Source: Clostridia bacterium (GTDB taxonomy: Bacteria; Bacillota; Clostridia; Christensenellales; DTU072). From it: a DNA stretch of 64,000 nt. Below, piece after piece: positions 27,186 through 36,047 of this stretch. Position 1 is the first letter of the stretch. Every line of letters starts with the position of its first letter. The stretch is taken from the NCBI GenBank assembly GCA_017533005.1, contig JAFXIQ010000041.1, forward strand, positions 440 through 64,439, in the 5' to 3' direction. The position numbers and the translations under genes are program-made. The notes under the pieces are model-generated. The model saw only the letters and a program-made list of their open reading frames with translations, had not been told where the DNA came from and made no database searches.

Positions 27186-28316
27186 ATGAGTTCAAGCTGG
27201 GGCAACCACATCAAATTATCTATTTTCGGTGAATCACACGGCGACATCGTCGGTGGTACTCTCCACGACTTTCCCGCAGGCATTTACGTTGACCTTGATA
27301 AAATCAAGCTAGGTCTTAAGCTCCGTCAAGGTAGCAACAACTTCACTACTGCAAAAAAAGTCGAAGATAGACCTACTATAATTTCCGGCATTCAAAACGG
27401 CTACACTACAGGCGCACCTATAACGGTTATTTTCTCTAACCCTGACGCCAATCTTAACGACTTCAAAAAAGAAGTTCCTCGCCCCTCTCACGCTGATTAC
27501 GTAGCTGACATCAGATACAAAGGTTACGCTGATATGAACGGTGGTGGACACTTCTCCGGTAGATTGACTTTGCCTATCGTATTTTTCGGAATGCTCTGCT
27601 CGAGCTATCTCTCATCGCAAGGCATCGACGTAGTTTCTCACATAAAATGTATAGGCGAAGTATACGACGATAAGTTCGGTGAAGAATTCCCGAAAGAGCT
27701 TATTGAAAGACTCAACTCTGCACCCCTAGCAACAATTTCTCCCGAAGCAAGAAAAAGAATGGTATCTCTACTTATGAGTATTTCCGCAACCGGAGATAGC
27801 ATAGGAGGTGCTATCGAAACGGCCGTAGTGGGACTTCCTGCAGGTTACGGCTCGCCTATCTTCGACAATCTAGAATCTCGTTTAGCTTCTATGATTTTTT
27901 CAATCCCTGCAGTTAAATGCGTTGGATTCGGCTACGGCGCGCACTTCGCACACGCTAGAGGCTCGGCTGTTGCAGATGCATTCGTGTTGAAAGATAATGG
28001 CACTATAGGTACCGATACCAACTTCAACGGTGGCCTAAACGGTGGTATTAGCAACGGAATGCCAATTATTATCACAACAGCATTCAAGCCCACTCCATCT
28101 ATAAGACAAACTCAAAAAACCTTGAACTTTGAAACCAACAAAATTGTTGATTGGGAAGTCAAGCGCGACCATATCGAATGTATAGCACCTAGAGGAAATA
28201 TCATAATAACTTCTGCTGTAGCACTCGTTGTTATGGATGCGTTCCTAGAAGGCAACGGCTATATGGCCATTGAGCCCACGCTTGTCAGCGAAGCTAAAAA
28301 GGCAGAAAAAAATTGA
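27186..28316 (+). CDS. aroC: Chorismate synthase
   Basis: 376 aa: FGESHG, RPSHADY, GGGHFSGR signature regions. Confidence 0.93.
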   Translation: MSSSWGNHIKLSIFGESHGDIVGGTLHDFPAGIYVDLDKIKLGLKLRQGSNNFTTAKKVEDRPTIISGIQNGYTTGAPITVIFSNPDANLNDFKKEVPRPSHADYVADIRYKGYADMNGGGHFSGRLTLPIVFFGMLCSSYLSSQGIDVVSHIKCIGEVYDDKFGEEFPKELIERLNSAPLATISPEARKRMVSLLMSISATGDSIGGAIETAVVGLPAGYGSPIFDNLESRLASMIFSIPAVKCVGFGYGAHFAHARGSAVADAFVLKDNGTIGTDTNFNGGLNGGISNGMPIIITTAFKPTPSIRQTQKTLNFETNKIVDWEVKRDHIECIAPRGNIIITSAVALVVMDAFLEGNGYMAIEPTLVSEAKKAEKN

Positions 28317-29017
28317 AAAAAGTATTAATTACAGGTGGCTCGGGCGGAATAGGCTCGGCAATAGTTAGATTGTTCTCGCAAAACGGCTACGCCGTCTATT
28401 TCACGTACAATAATTCACACGCAGAAGCGCTTTCTCTTCAAAAAGAAACGAATGCCACCCCTATCAAATGTGATTTGAAAAATAGCGAAAGTGTATCTTC
28501 GCTAAAAAACGCTATAGGAAGTGTTGATATCCTTATTAATAACGCAGGCATTTCGCAATTCTCTCTCTTCACGGATATTTCTGAATCCGATTGGGATAAT
28601 ATGATGGAAGTAAATCTAAAATCCGCATTTCTTGTCACAAAAATATTTTTACCGAATATGATTTCCAAAAAATGGGGAAGAATAATTAACGTGTCAAGCA
28701 TGTGGGGCATAAGTGGGGCTTCTTGTGAAGTACATTATTCGGCTTCAAAAGCAGGGCTCATCGGGCTCACTAAAGCGCTCGCAAAAGAAGTTGCTCCGTC
28801 TAACGTAACCGTAAACTGCGTAGCTCCCGGGATTATCGATACAAAAATGAACGCACACCTTTCACAAGAAGATAAAAGGGAATTCGAAGAATGCGTTCCA
28901 CTTTTGAGAAGTGGTAAACCTGAAGAAGTGGCAAACGCTATTATGTTTTTAGCATCTGAACAAGCTTCTTATATAACTGGCGTCGTTCTTCCCGTTGATG
29001 GTGGTTATACCATATAA
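28313..29017 (+). CDS. SDR-family oxidoreductase (FabG-like)
   Basis: 234 aa. TTG start overlaps the aroC stop (TTGA). TGGSGGIG cofactor motif, NNAG, catalytic YSASK. Confidence 0.8.
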   Translation: MKKVLITGGSGGIGSAIVRLFSQNGYAVYFTYNNSHAEALSLQKETNATPIKCDLKNSESVSSLKNAIGSVDILINNAGISQFSLFTDISESDWDNMMEVNLKSAFLVTKIFLPNMISKKWGRIINVSSMWGISGASCEVHYSASKAGLIGLTKALAKEVAPSNVTVNCVAPGIIDTKMNAHLSQEDKREFEECVPLLRSGKPEEVANAIMFLASEQASYITGVVLPVDGGYTI

Positions 29018-29043
29018 TATTTTTTGACACTACTAATGCCTTT

Positions 29044-29065
29044 TTTACATATTATGTTATGTAAA
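29044..29065. promoter_or_regulatory. Inverted repeat upstream of catalase (candidate peroxide-regulator operator)
   Basis: TTTACATA (29044-29051), 6 nt, TATGTAAA (29058-29065), immediately 5' of the SD AAGGAGG. Confidence 0.35.
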
Positions 29066-29075
29066 GGAGGCTTTT

Positions 29076-30572
29076 TTGGATATTAGCAAAAAAAATACTA
29101 TGACTCGCACCTTTGGTGGCGATATATCTCAAGATAACTTTAGTCTTACTTCTAGTGACGGGAGAATACTCCTACAAGACACCTATTTAATCGAAAAACT
29201 CGCACACTTCAATCGCGAACGAATTCCTGAACGCGTTGTCCACGCAAAAGGTTGGGGTGCGCATGGCGAATTTATTTTAACTCACGATATGAGTAAATAC
29301 ACCCTAGCAAAAATCTTCACTTGCGTGGGTAAAAAGACCGAAATGCTCGCGAGATTTTCCACTGTTGCAGGTGGTAGAGAAAGTTCCGACACAGCTCGCG
29401 ACCCTAGAGGATTCGCTCTTAAATTCTACACAGACGACGGTATCCTTGACATCGTTGGCAATAATACCCCTGTTTTCTTCATTCGTGACCCTATTAAATT
29501 CCCAGACTTCATTCATAGTCAAAAGAAAAACCCTGTAAACAACCTTATAGACTACAACGCACAATGGGATTTCTTATCTTTAACACCTGAAAGCCTTAAC
29601 CAAGTAACCATTCTATTCAGCGACCAAGGCACGCCCTACGGATTCAGATTTATGGACGGCTTTGGCACGGATACGTTTACTTGGTATAATGCAAAAGGCG
29701 AGTATTTCTTCGTAAAATATCACTTTATTTCCGAGCAAGGTCTTAAGAATTTCACAGCTGAAGAAGCCGAACGAGTTGGTGGCGAAAATCCCGACTTCTC
29801 CGGTAAAGATTTGTTCACTTCAATAGAAAAAGGCGACTTCCCGTCATGGGTAATGAAGGTACAAATTATGACGCCCGAACAAGCTAAAACTTATCGTTTC
29901 GACCCATTCGACACCACGAAAACTTGGTATGAAGAAGACTTCCCGCTCATTGAAGTAGGCAAATTCACTTTAAATAGAAATCCTAAAAACTTCTTCAATG
30001 AAATTGAGCAAGCTGCTTTTTGCCCAGCAAATATGGTACCGGGAATCGGCCCTAGCCAAGACAAAATGTTGCAAGGAAGAATGTTTGCTTATTCCGATAC
30101 ACAAAGACATAGACTAGGTACGAACTTCCAAAGAATTGTAGTAAATATGCCTAAAAGTCCTGTTTTCAACTATCAAGTGGACGGACATCTTGCAAACAAT
30201 ACGGATAATCCCATTAATTACTTCCCAAATAGTATGCAACCCGTATACTTCAATCCTGTTTCCGAAGAGCCCCCACAACCTATTATCGGAGTCATAGATA
30301 GGCATATCGTAGAAATTAAAGATATCGACTTCGTACAGCCCGGAGATAGATATAGAGCTTTCAACGATGAAGAAAAGGAACACTTAATTTCTAATATTTG
30401 CGCATCATTGAAAAACGCAGAAAAGCGCATACAATATAGACAATGCGCACTGTTCTATAAAGCAGATAAAGATTATGGCACTCGCGTAGCTAACTGTTTG
30501 TCTTTAAACCTAGCGCAAGTAGCTAGACTCTCAAAAATGAACGACGCCGAACGTGCTTATGCAACAAGGTAA
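29076..30572 (+). CDS. katA: Monofunctional heme catalase
   Basis: 498 aa. FNRERIPERVVHAKG (distal His) and RMFAYSDTQRHRLG (proximal Tyr region). Probable TTG start 6 nt after GGAGG. Confidence 0.93.
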   Translation: MDISKKNTMTRTFGGDISQDNFSLTSSDGRILLQDTYLIEKLAHFNRERIPERVVHAKGWGAHGEFILTHDMSKYTLAKIFTCVGKKTEMLARFSTVAGGRESSDTARDPRGFALKFYTDDGILDIVGNNTPVFFIRDPIKFPDFIHSQKKNPVNNLIDYNAQWDFLSLTPESLNQVTILFSDQGTPYGFRFMDGFGTDTFTWYNAKGEYFFVKYHFISEQGLKNFTAEEAERVGGENPDFSGKDLFTSIEKGDFPSWVMKVQIMTPEQAKTYRFDPFDTTKTWYEEDFPLIEVGKFTLNRNPKNFFNEIEQAAFCPANMVPGIGPSQDKMLQGRMFAYSDTQRHRLGTNFQRIVVNMPKSPVFNYQVDGHLANNTDNPINYFPNSMQPVYFNPVSEEPPQPIIGVIDRHIVEIKDIDFVQPGDRYRAFNDEEKEHLISNICASLKNAEKRIQYRQCALFYKADKDYGTRVANCLSLNLAQVARLSKMNDAERAYATR

Positions 30573-30573
30573 T

Positions 30574-30603
30574 AAAAAAGCCACAACTCACGTTGTGGCT
30601 TTT
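30574..30603. terminator. Bidirectional terminator between catalase and GH2
   Basis: Stem AGCCACAAC pairs with GTTGTGGCT, loop TCAC. An A run precedes it and a T run follows. Confidence 0.75.
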
Positions 30604-30617
30604 AACTCTACATATGA

Positions 30618-32366
30618 TTAATAAGTGAGTTTCTTGTTAAGGTCGCGTAACTTTTCTACGTCAAGCTTAATAACCTTTCTGTCATAAGTCAAAATACCGT
30701 TAATTTCGTCTTCGACGTCGGTTAATTGCGTATATACCGTTGCTGATAATCCTTTAGGAATATAAGGTATGACTTGTTCTTCGAATAGTTTGTGATAAGC
30801 TTTTTCGAAACCTTCTTGGGTGTCGTACTTCTTATAACCGAAAGATTTAACCTTATTGAAAACGTGTCCTTCAACTTTGTATGAATATCCACCGAATTCA
30901 GATAGAATAACCGACCTTTCGTCTTTAGGAATAGTAACAGGTCTAAAGTAAATATGGAGTGACTTAAAGTCGCCACCACCTTGGTCGAGCCAGCCACTTG
31001 CGTGGTCGATAGGACGTGTGGTATCTAGTTTTTTGACTTCTTCTACAGCTTTAAGTGCATCGAATTGTCCCCACGATTCATTGAATGGAACCCATATTGC
31101 AAGCGATACAACGTTGTATAAGCATTTAACCGTTCTTTCTAAGTCAACGTAGTATTCTGCGCGTTCTTCAGCATTTTGTCTACCACATAAAGAGTACATG
31201 CTATCTTTGGGTGTAACGTTGATAAATCCGAAGAAACCGTTGAGCAATTTATTAGCGCCCATACCACCATTTATCATATCTTGCCATACTAGAACTCCTA
31301 GTCTGTCACAGTGATAGTACCAACGAGCAGGTTCAATCTTAATATGTTTACGTAGCATATTGAAGCCCATTTCTTTGGTTTGTGCTATATCGTAAATGAT
31401 AGCTTCTTCCGAAGGTGGGGTATATAAACCGTCCGACCAATAACCTTGGTCTAGTAGACCGTTGTGGAAATACGGCTTATTGTTAAGCATTATACGAGCG
31501 TAACCGTGTTCGTCTTTTGCGATTGAATACTTACGCATTCCAAAGTATGACGTGATAACGTCTTCATCAGCCTTGATAACAACGTCGTATAGATTGGGTT
31601 CTTCTGGCGACCATAGTTTGAAACCATCAACCTTTACAACTACTTCGTTATTCTCGAACGTACCTTCTGCTACCTTGTTTTCGCCGTCGAAGATTTCTAC
31701 GTTAGCATTCTCAACTGCACTAGGCGTAACGATTTTGAATGCAACCGTTGCAGTATCGATATCAGGAGTTATGTATAGTTCTTGAATGTAGTTTTGGGGG
31801 ACTGATTCTAGCCATACGGTTTGCCAAATACCTGATTGTGGTGTGTAGAAAATTCCACCACGTTTAATTTTTTGTTTACCACGAGATTGACCTTTCGTAT
31901 CACTTGGGTCGGTAACTTCTAGAGAAAGTGAGTTAACGCCTTCTACAAGTGCATCGGTAATATCTATTGAAAATGGGAAATATCCGCCCCTATGCGTTGC
32001 GACTTCTTTGCCGTTTACAAATACCTTTGCTAGATAGTCGACTGCTCCAAAGTTCAATAGTACTCTACCTACGTTGAAACCTTCTGGAATTTCAAACGTG
32101 CGTTTATAGTAAAGAACGTCTGTAGGCATAACGATTTTATCAACGCCACTCAAAACGCTTTCTGGTGAGAATGGAACGGTGATTTTACCTTGATATTCAC
32201 CTAGCTTTTGGCTCTTATCTAGTATTGCATAGTCCCATTGCCCGTTAAGGTTTATGTAGCTGTCTCTAACGAGTTGGGGACGAGGATATTCGGGAAGCGG
32301 ACAATTTACGTCTATGTTTTCGCCGAACGTGCTAATCAATTTTTCAAATTGCATTTCTTTTGCCAT
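30618..32366 (-). CDS. Glycoside hydrolase family 2 protein
   Basis: The track start is a GTG; I prefer ATG 32366 (MAKEMQFEKL...) with GGAGA upstream. EYPRPQ, the sugar-binding-domain motif NGKEVATHRGGYFPFSIDIT, and TIM-barrel region NMLRKHIK. Confidence 0.85.
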   Translation of the reverse strand: MAKEMQFEKLISTFGENIDVNCPLPEYPRPQLVRDSYINLNGQWDYAILDKSQKLGEYQGKITVPFSPESVLSGVDKIVMPTDVLYYKRTFEIPEGFNVGRVLLNFGAVDYLAKVFVNGKEVATHRGGYFPFSIDITDALVEGVNSLSLEVTDPSDTKGQSRGKQKIKRGGIFYTPQSGIWQTVWLESVPQNYIQELYITPDIDTATVAFKIVTPSAVENANVEIFDGENKVAEGTFENNEVVVKVDGFKLWSPEEPNLYDVVIKADEDVITSYFGMRKYSIAKDEHGYARIMLNNKPYFHNGLLDQGYWSDGLYTPPSEEAIIYDIAQTKEMGFNMLRKHIKIEPARWYYHCDRLGVLVWQDMINGGMGANKLLNGFFGFINVTPKDSMYSLCGRQNAEERAEYYVDLERTVKCLYNVVSLAIWVPFNESWGQFDALKAVEEVKKLDTTRPIDHASGWLDQGGGDFKSLHIYFRPVTIPKDERSVILSEFGGYSYKVEGHVFNKVKSFGYKKYDTQEGFEKAYHKLFEEQVIPYIPKGLSATVYTQLTDVEDEINGILTYDRKVIKLDVEKLRDLNKKLTY

Positions 32367-32454
32367 ATTTTCTCCACACAAAATTGTTTTTCATAATTTT
32401 CCTAATATATTATAAACAAAAATATAGGTTTTTGCAATACCCTTTTGAAATTTA

Positions 32455-32483
32455 TTGACTAATCGCGTGCATAAATATATAAT
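32455..32483 (+). promoter_or_regulatory. Promoter of the amino-acid-kinase-family gene
   Basis: TTGACT (32455-32460), 17-nt spacer AATCGCGTGCATAAATA, TATAAT (32478-32483). Confidence 0.6.
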
Positions 32484-32503
32484 TTTCGTATACGGAGGCA
32501 AAT

Positions 32504-33331
32504 ATGACTACTTTTGATATAGAATTAGTTGGTAAAGTCGGTTCAATGGCACTTATAAATAAAGCTGACAATGACATTGATTATAACGTCATTGCTCATA
32601 TTAGCCGTGAACTTAAACCCGGCTACGTATGGGTGACATCGGGCGCTACGGAAATCGGCAGACTCGACTACATACACAGAACGGGCTTCGAGCTCCAAGG
32701 TAGCGATGCCGACGTAAAAACCGACTACGCAGCACAAGGTCAAACTATCCTTCTAGAAACGTATAGAAGATTCGTTGACAGTAGATATTCTTTACGCCAA
32801 TTTCTTGTTGAACACCAACACTTCAACGACGATATGAAGCGCGAACATCTTAAAGCTACGCTTTTACGTTGTCCTAAACAAGGCGCTATTCCAATTATAA
32901 ACTACAACGACCCTATGTGTTATGAAGAGAATAGAAAAATGGAAATTGCAGCTCTTCGCGCATCGAAGCAAAAGGTCGTAGAATGCATAGATAACGATGA
33001 AACTGCATCTCAAATTGCTTGCCTACTAAAGCCTAAATACCTATTAATTCTATCAGGTGTAGATGGAATTTTCACCGATATAAACGACAAAAATTCTCTA
33101 GTTAGAGAAATCGCCGGCTCAAATACGGAAGAAGTCCTATCGCACATAGACTACTATCAAAACTATTGCGACGGCGCATCTAGAAAGGGCGCAAACGGCG
33201 CTCGCGCGAAGCTCGAATACGTCAAAGAACCCGTAAAAAACGGCACTACGGTTATAATCGCCAACAGTAGATATAAGATTTCCGAAATTCTATCCGGTGT
33301 TGCTCCGTCAACAAAAATTATCGTTAAATAG
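32504..33331 (+). CDS. Amino-acid-kinase-family protein (glutamate-5-kinase-like, no PUA domain)
   Basis: 275 aa. LVGKVGSMAL...VWVTSGATEIG resembles the ProB/AAK N-terminal fold. Substrate unknown. Confidence 0.5.
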   Translation: MTTFDIELVGKVGSMALINKADNDIDYNVIAHISRELKPGYVWVTSGATEIGRLDYIHRTGFELQGSDADVKTDYAAQGQTILLETYRRFVDSRYSLRQFLVEHQHFNDDMKREHLKATLLRCPKQGAIPIINYNDPMCYEENRKMEIAALRASKQKVVECIDNDETASQIACLLKPKYLLILSGVDGIFTDINDKNSLVREIAGSNTEEVLSHIDYYQNYCDGASRKGANGARAKLEYVKEPVKNGTTVIIANSRYKISEILSGVAPSTKIIVK

Positions 33332-33339
33332 TTACAAAA

Positions 33340-33372
33340 CAAAAGCTCAACCGAATCGGTTGAGCTTTCTTA
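33340..33372. terminator. Bidirectional terminator
   Basis: Stem AGCTCAACCG (33344-33353) pairs with CGGTTGAGCT (33357-33366), between convergent genes. Confidence 0.75.
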
Positions 33373-33387
33373 TTTATTGATTATCAA

Positions 33388-34242
33388 TTATTGCAAAACT
33401 TTTGCTAAGAAACCTTGTAGTCTCTCATTCTTGGGTTCGTTAAATACTTGTTGAGGCGTGCCTTCTTCCATGATTTTGCCGTCGTCAATAAACATTACAC
33501 GATTGGCAACTTCTTTTGCAAAGCCCATTTCGTGAGTTACGATAACCATAGTCATGCCTTCGTTTGCTAGTTCTTTAATAAGTTCCAGAACTTCGCCAAC
33601 CATTTCGGGGTCAAGTGCTGAAGTAGGCTCGTCAAATAAAATTACTTTTGGATTCATAGCTAGAGCACGAACAATTGCTACACGTTGTTTTTGACCACCT
33701 GAAAGCGTTGATGGATAAACGTTTGCCTTTTCTTCAAGCCCTATTCTTCTCAAAAGTTCCATAGCCTTTTGTTCGGCTTTTATAGTGATACTTTTTCTTG
33801 TTTCGGTTACTTCAATAAGCTCTTTGGGGGACTTTTTATTGAATAAGTTGTAAATCTTCGTGAAGAAATTCTTGATATTTGCTTTGCGAATTTTCTTCAT
33901 TCCAAGAGATACCGGAGCAAGCATAATGTTCTTTTTGACGGTTAAGTTATTGAACAAGTTAAATTGTTGGAATACCATACCGATATTCTCACGGTGCTTG
34001 TTGATGTCAACCTTCATATCGGCGAGATTTTCATTGTCAAATATTATTTGACCACTCGTAGGGTCTTCCATACAATTTAAGCATCTTAAGAACGTTGATT
34101 TGCCACTACCGGACGGGCCTATTATAGCAACCTTTTCACCGGCTTCGATGGTCGTTGATATATCATCTAGAACGGTAAGGCTTCCGAATTTTTTGGTAAG
34201 ATTTAAGACTTCTATCATTGGATTAGCATTAATTTCTGTCAC
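33388..34242 (-). CDS. Amino-acid ABC transporter ATP-binding protein (with ~35-40-aa insertion)
   Basis: 284 aa. [37 protein letters not shown]. An extra K-rich segment [40 protein letters not shown] lies between the Q-loop and the signature. Confidence 0.88.
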   Translation of the reverse strand: MTEINANPMIEVLNLTKKFGSLTVLDDISTTIEAGEKVAIIGPSGSGKSTFLRCLNCMEDPTSGQIIFDNENLADMKVDINKHRENIGMVFQQFNLFNNLTVKKNIMLAPVSLGMKKIRKANIKNFFTKIYNLFNKKSPKELIEVTETRKSITIKAEQKAMELLRRIGLEEKANVYPSTLSGGQKQRVAIVRALAMNPKVILFDEPTSALDPEMVGEVLELIKELANEGMTMVIVTHEMGFAKEVANRVMFIDDGKIMEEGTPQQVFNEPKNERLQGFLAKVLQ

Positions 34243-34933
34243 TCTTCTTAAGCCTCCTTTCCATAATTTTTATTAGTACTGTAATCAACATTACTATGAT
34301 TAGATAAATCAACGCAAGCATTAGATACGGCACTATGTACTCGTAAGTTGCATCTGCCATAGAACGGAATGCTTTTGTTATATCTATAACGGCTATGAAG
34401 CTAACAACCGACGTTTCTTTAACTAGAACGATAAACTCGTTACCTAACGTAGGAAGAATATTCTTAATCGCTTGCGGAATGATTACTCGCATCATTGTTG
34501 AAGCGTAAGACATTCCTAGCGCACGTCCTGCTTCTAATTGTCCGACGTCAACCGATTGAATACCACTACGCATAATTTCTGATACGTATGCTCCACTATT
34601 TAAACCAAATATTACTACTGCAATTAAAACATCGTCAATAGGAACTTTTGCTAAAAGTATGTACTTACCTATGAGTAGTTGTACTATCATAGGCGTACCT
34701 CTGAAGAAACCTACGTATATATCGGCGATTTTTTCTAAAATACGGGGTAATTTTTTATATTTAGGAATAACTTTTACTATGGCTATAATTGTGCCGATAG
34801 CGATACCGATTATTAAACCGAGTATCGCTATTTCGAGCGTGTTCATTAAGCCTTGTAGCACGTCTTTATAGCCTTCTTCTTTTATAAGAGAGTTAGTAAA
34901 GATATCCCATGCTGTTGTCTTGGCTAGTATCAT
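34229..34933 (-). CDS. Amino-acid ABC transporter permease
   Basis: 234 aa, polar-amino-acid permease family. EAA-like loop [24 protein letters not shown]. Confidence 0.88.
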   Translation of the reverse strand: MILAKTTAWDIFTNSLIKEEGYKDVLQGLMNTLEIAILGLIIGIAIGTIIAIVKVIPKYKKLPRILEKIADIYVGFFRGTPMIVQLLIGKYILLAKVPIDDVLIAVVIFGLNSGAYVSEIMRSGIQSVDVGQLEAGRALGMSYASTMMRVIIPQAIKNILPTLGNEFIVLVKETSVVSFIAVIDITKAFRSMADATYEYIVPYLMLALIYLIIVMLITVLIKIMERRLKKSDRN

Positions 34934-34958
34934 TATTATATTGTGTAATTATTTTTTC

Positions 34959-35840
34959 TTATTCTGCTACTTTATCAGTACCGTTCAAGATTGCTTCTAC
35001 TTGTTCTGCCGTTGTGCAACCATCGAAGATTGCGTCGTCAGCTTTTACGATAATAACTTGAGCTGCATTGTAGTATGAGCTAGAGAAGTTAACAGATTGT
35101 TTTCTTGTTTCATTAACGGTTAGACCTGCCATAGCAATATCAATACCTTCTGTACCAACTGAAATAACAACTGAGTCGAAGTCCATATCTTTAATAACAA
35201 GTTCCATGTTGAGTTCTTGTGCTAGAAGAGCTGCGATTTCCATGTCGATACCTGCGAATTTATTACCAATTTTGTATTCGAATGGAGCGAATGCTGCGTT
35301 AGTTGCAACAACTAGTTGTGCTTTGTTTGCATCATATGTTGCGCTTTCAATACCAGTAACTTCTTCACCATTGAAGTATTTGTTCATGATAGCATCGAAT
35401 TGTCCGTTGCCTTTAATCTTTGTTAGGAATGCATTAACTTTCGTTAGTAGTTCAGCGTCGTTTTTGTTAACACCGAATGCATATTCTTCAACAGTTAGAG
35501 GAACGTTGATAACTTTTACTTTGCCGTTGAATGCTGCGCTAGCTGCGATTGCTTTTGCAGGGGCTTCGTCGATAACTACGAAGTCAACTTTGCCGTTAAG
35601 CATATCTTGAACTGCTAGACCACCGTTTGCGTAACCTTTGCATTCGTTGTTAGCATAACCGTCAAATCCCCAGTCAGCGTCGCCCTTAACATAATATTCG
35701 CCGGTCGTTCCACTTTGAACACCAATTGTGTAAGCACCGTCTTTAACTGTTGATGGGTCTTCTTTGTCACAGCCAACTAGTGCGAAACAGCCGGCTACTA
35801 CTGCGATAAGAAGCATAATTGCGATAATTGATTTTTTCAT
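34959..35840 (-). CDS. Amino-acid ABC transporter substrate-binding lipoprotein
   Basis: 293 aa. Lipobox LVGC, followed by a family-3 SBP-like sequence (DFVVIDEAPA, AGIDMEIA). Confidence 0.82.
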   Translation of the reverse strand: MKKSIIAIMLLIAVVAGCFALVGCDKEDPSTVKDGAYTIGVQSGTTGEYYVKGDADWGFDGYANNECKGYANGGLAVQDMLNGKVDFVVIDEAPAKAIAASAAFNGKVKVINVPLTVEEYAFGVNKNDAELLTKVNAFLTKIKGNGQFDAIMNKYFNGEEVTGIESATYDANKAQLVVATNAAFAPFEYKIGNKFAGIDMEIAALLAQELNMELVIKDMDFDSVVISVGTEGIDIAMAGLTVNETRKQSVNFSSSYYNAAQVIIVKADDAIFDGCTTAEQVEAILNGTDKVAE

Positions 35841-35884
35841 TTTTATTTCTCCTTTTGGAAAGTTTTTTTATTGATTGTAGCTAT

Positions 35885-35913
35885 ACTATACACCATCAAA
35901 ATGCATAAAGCAA
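35885..35913 (-). promoter_or_regulatory. Candidate promoter of the amino-acid ABC operon
   Basis: Minus strand: TTGCTT (35913-35908), 17 nt, TATAGT (35890-35885). Confidence 0.5.
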
Positions 35914-36009
35914 GCGTTTTTATGAATAAAATTGAAATTTATGCAAATTTTTTTATAATTTTTTTCCTATATTTTTCTGTGAAATTTGGCTGAATATTTA
36001 ATAAAAAAC

Positions 36010-36038
36010 TTGTATATGCGCGCGCGCTGTGTTATAAT
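36010..36038 (+). promoter_or_regulatory. Promoter of the LRR lipoprotein gene
   Basis: TTGTAT (36010-36015), 17-nt spacer ATGCGCGCGCGCTGTGT, TATAAT (36033-36038). The ATG lies 9 nt downstream. Confidence 0.6.
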
Positions 36039-36047
36039 AGGAACACT

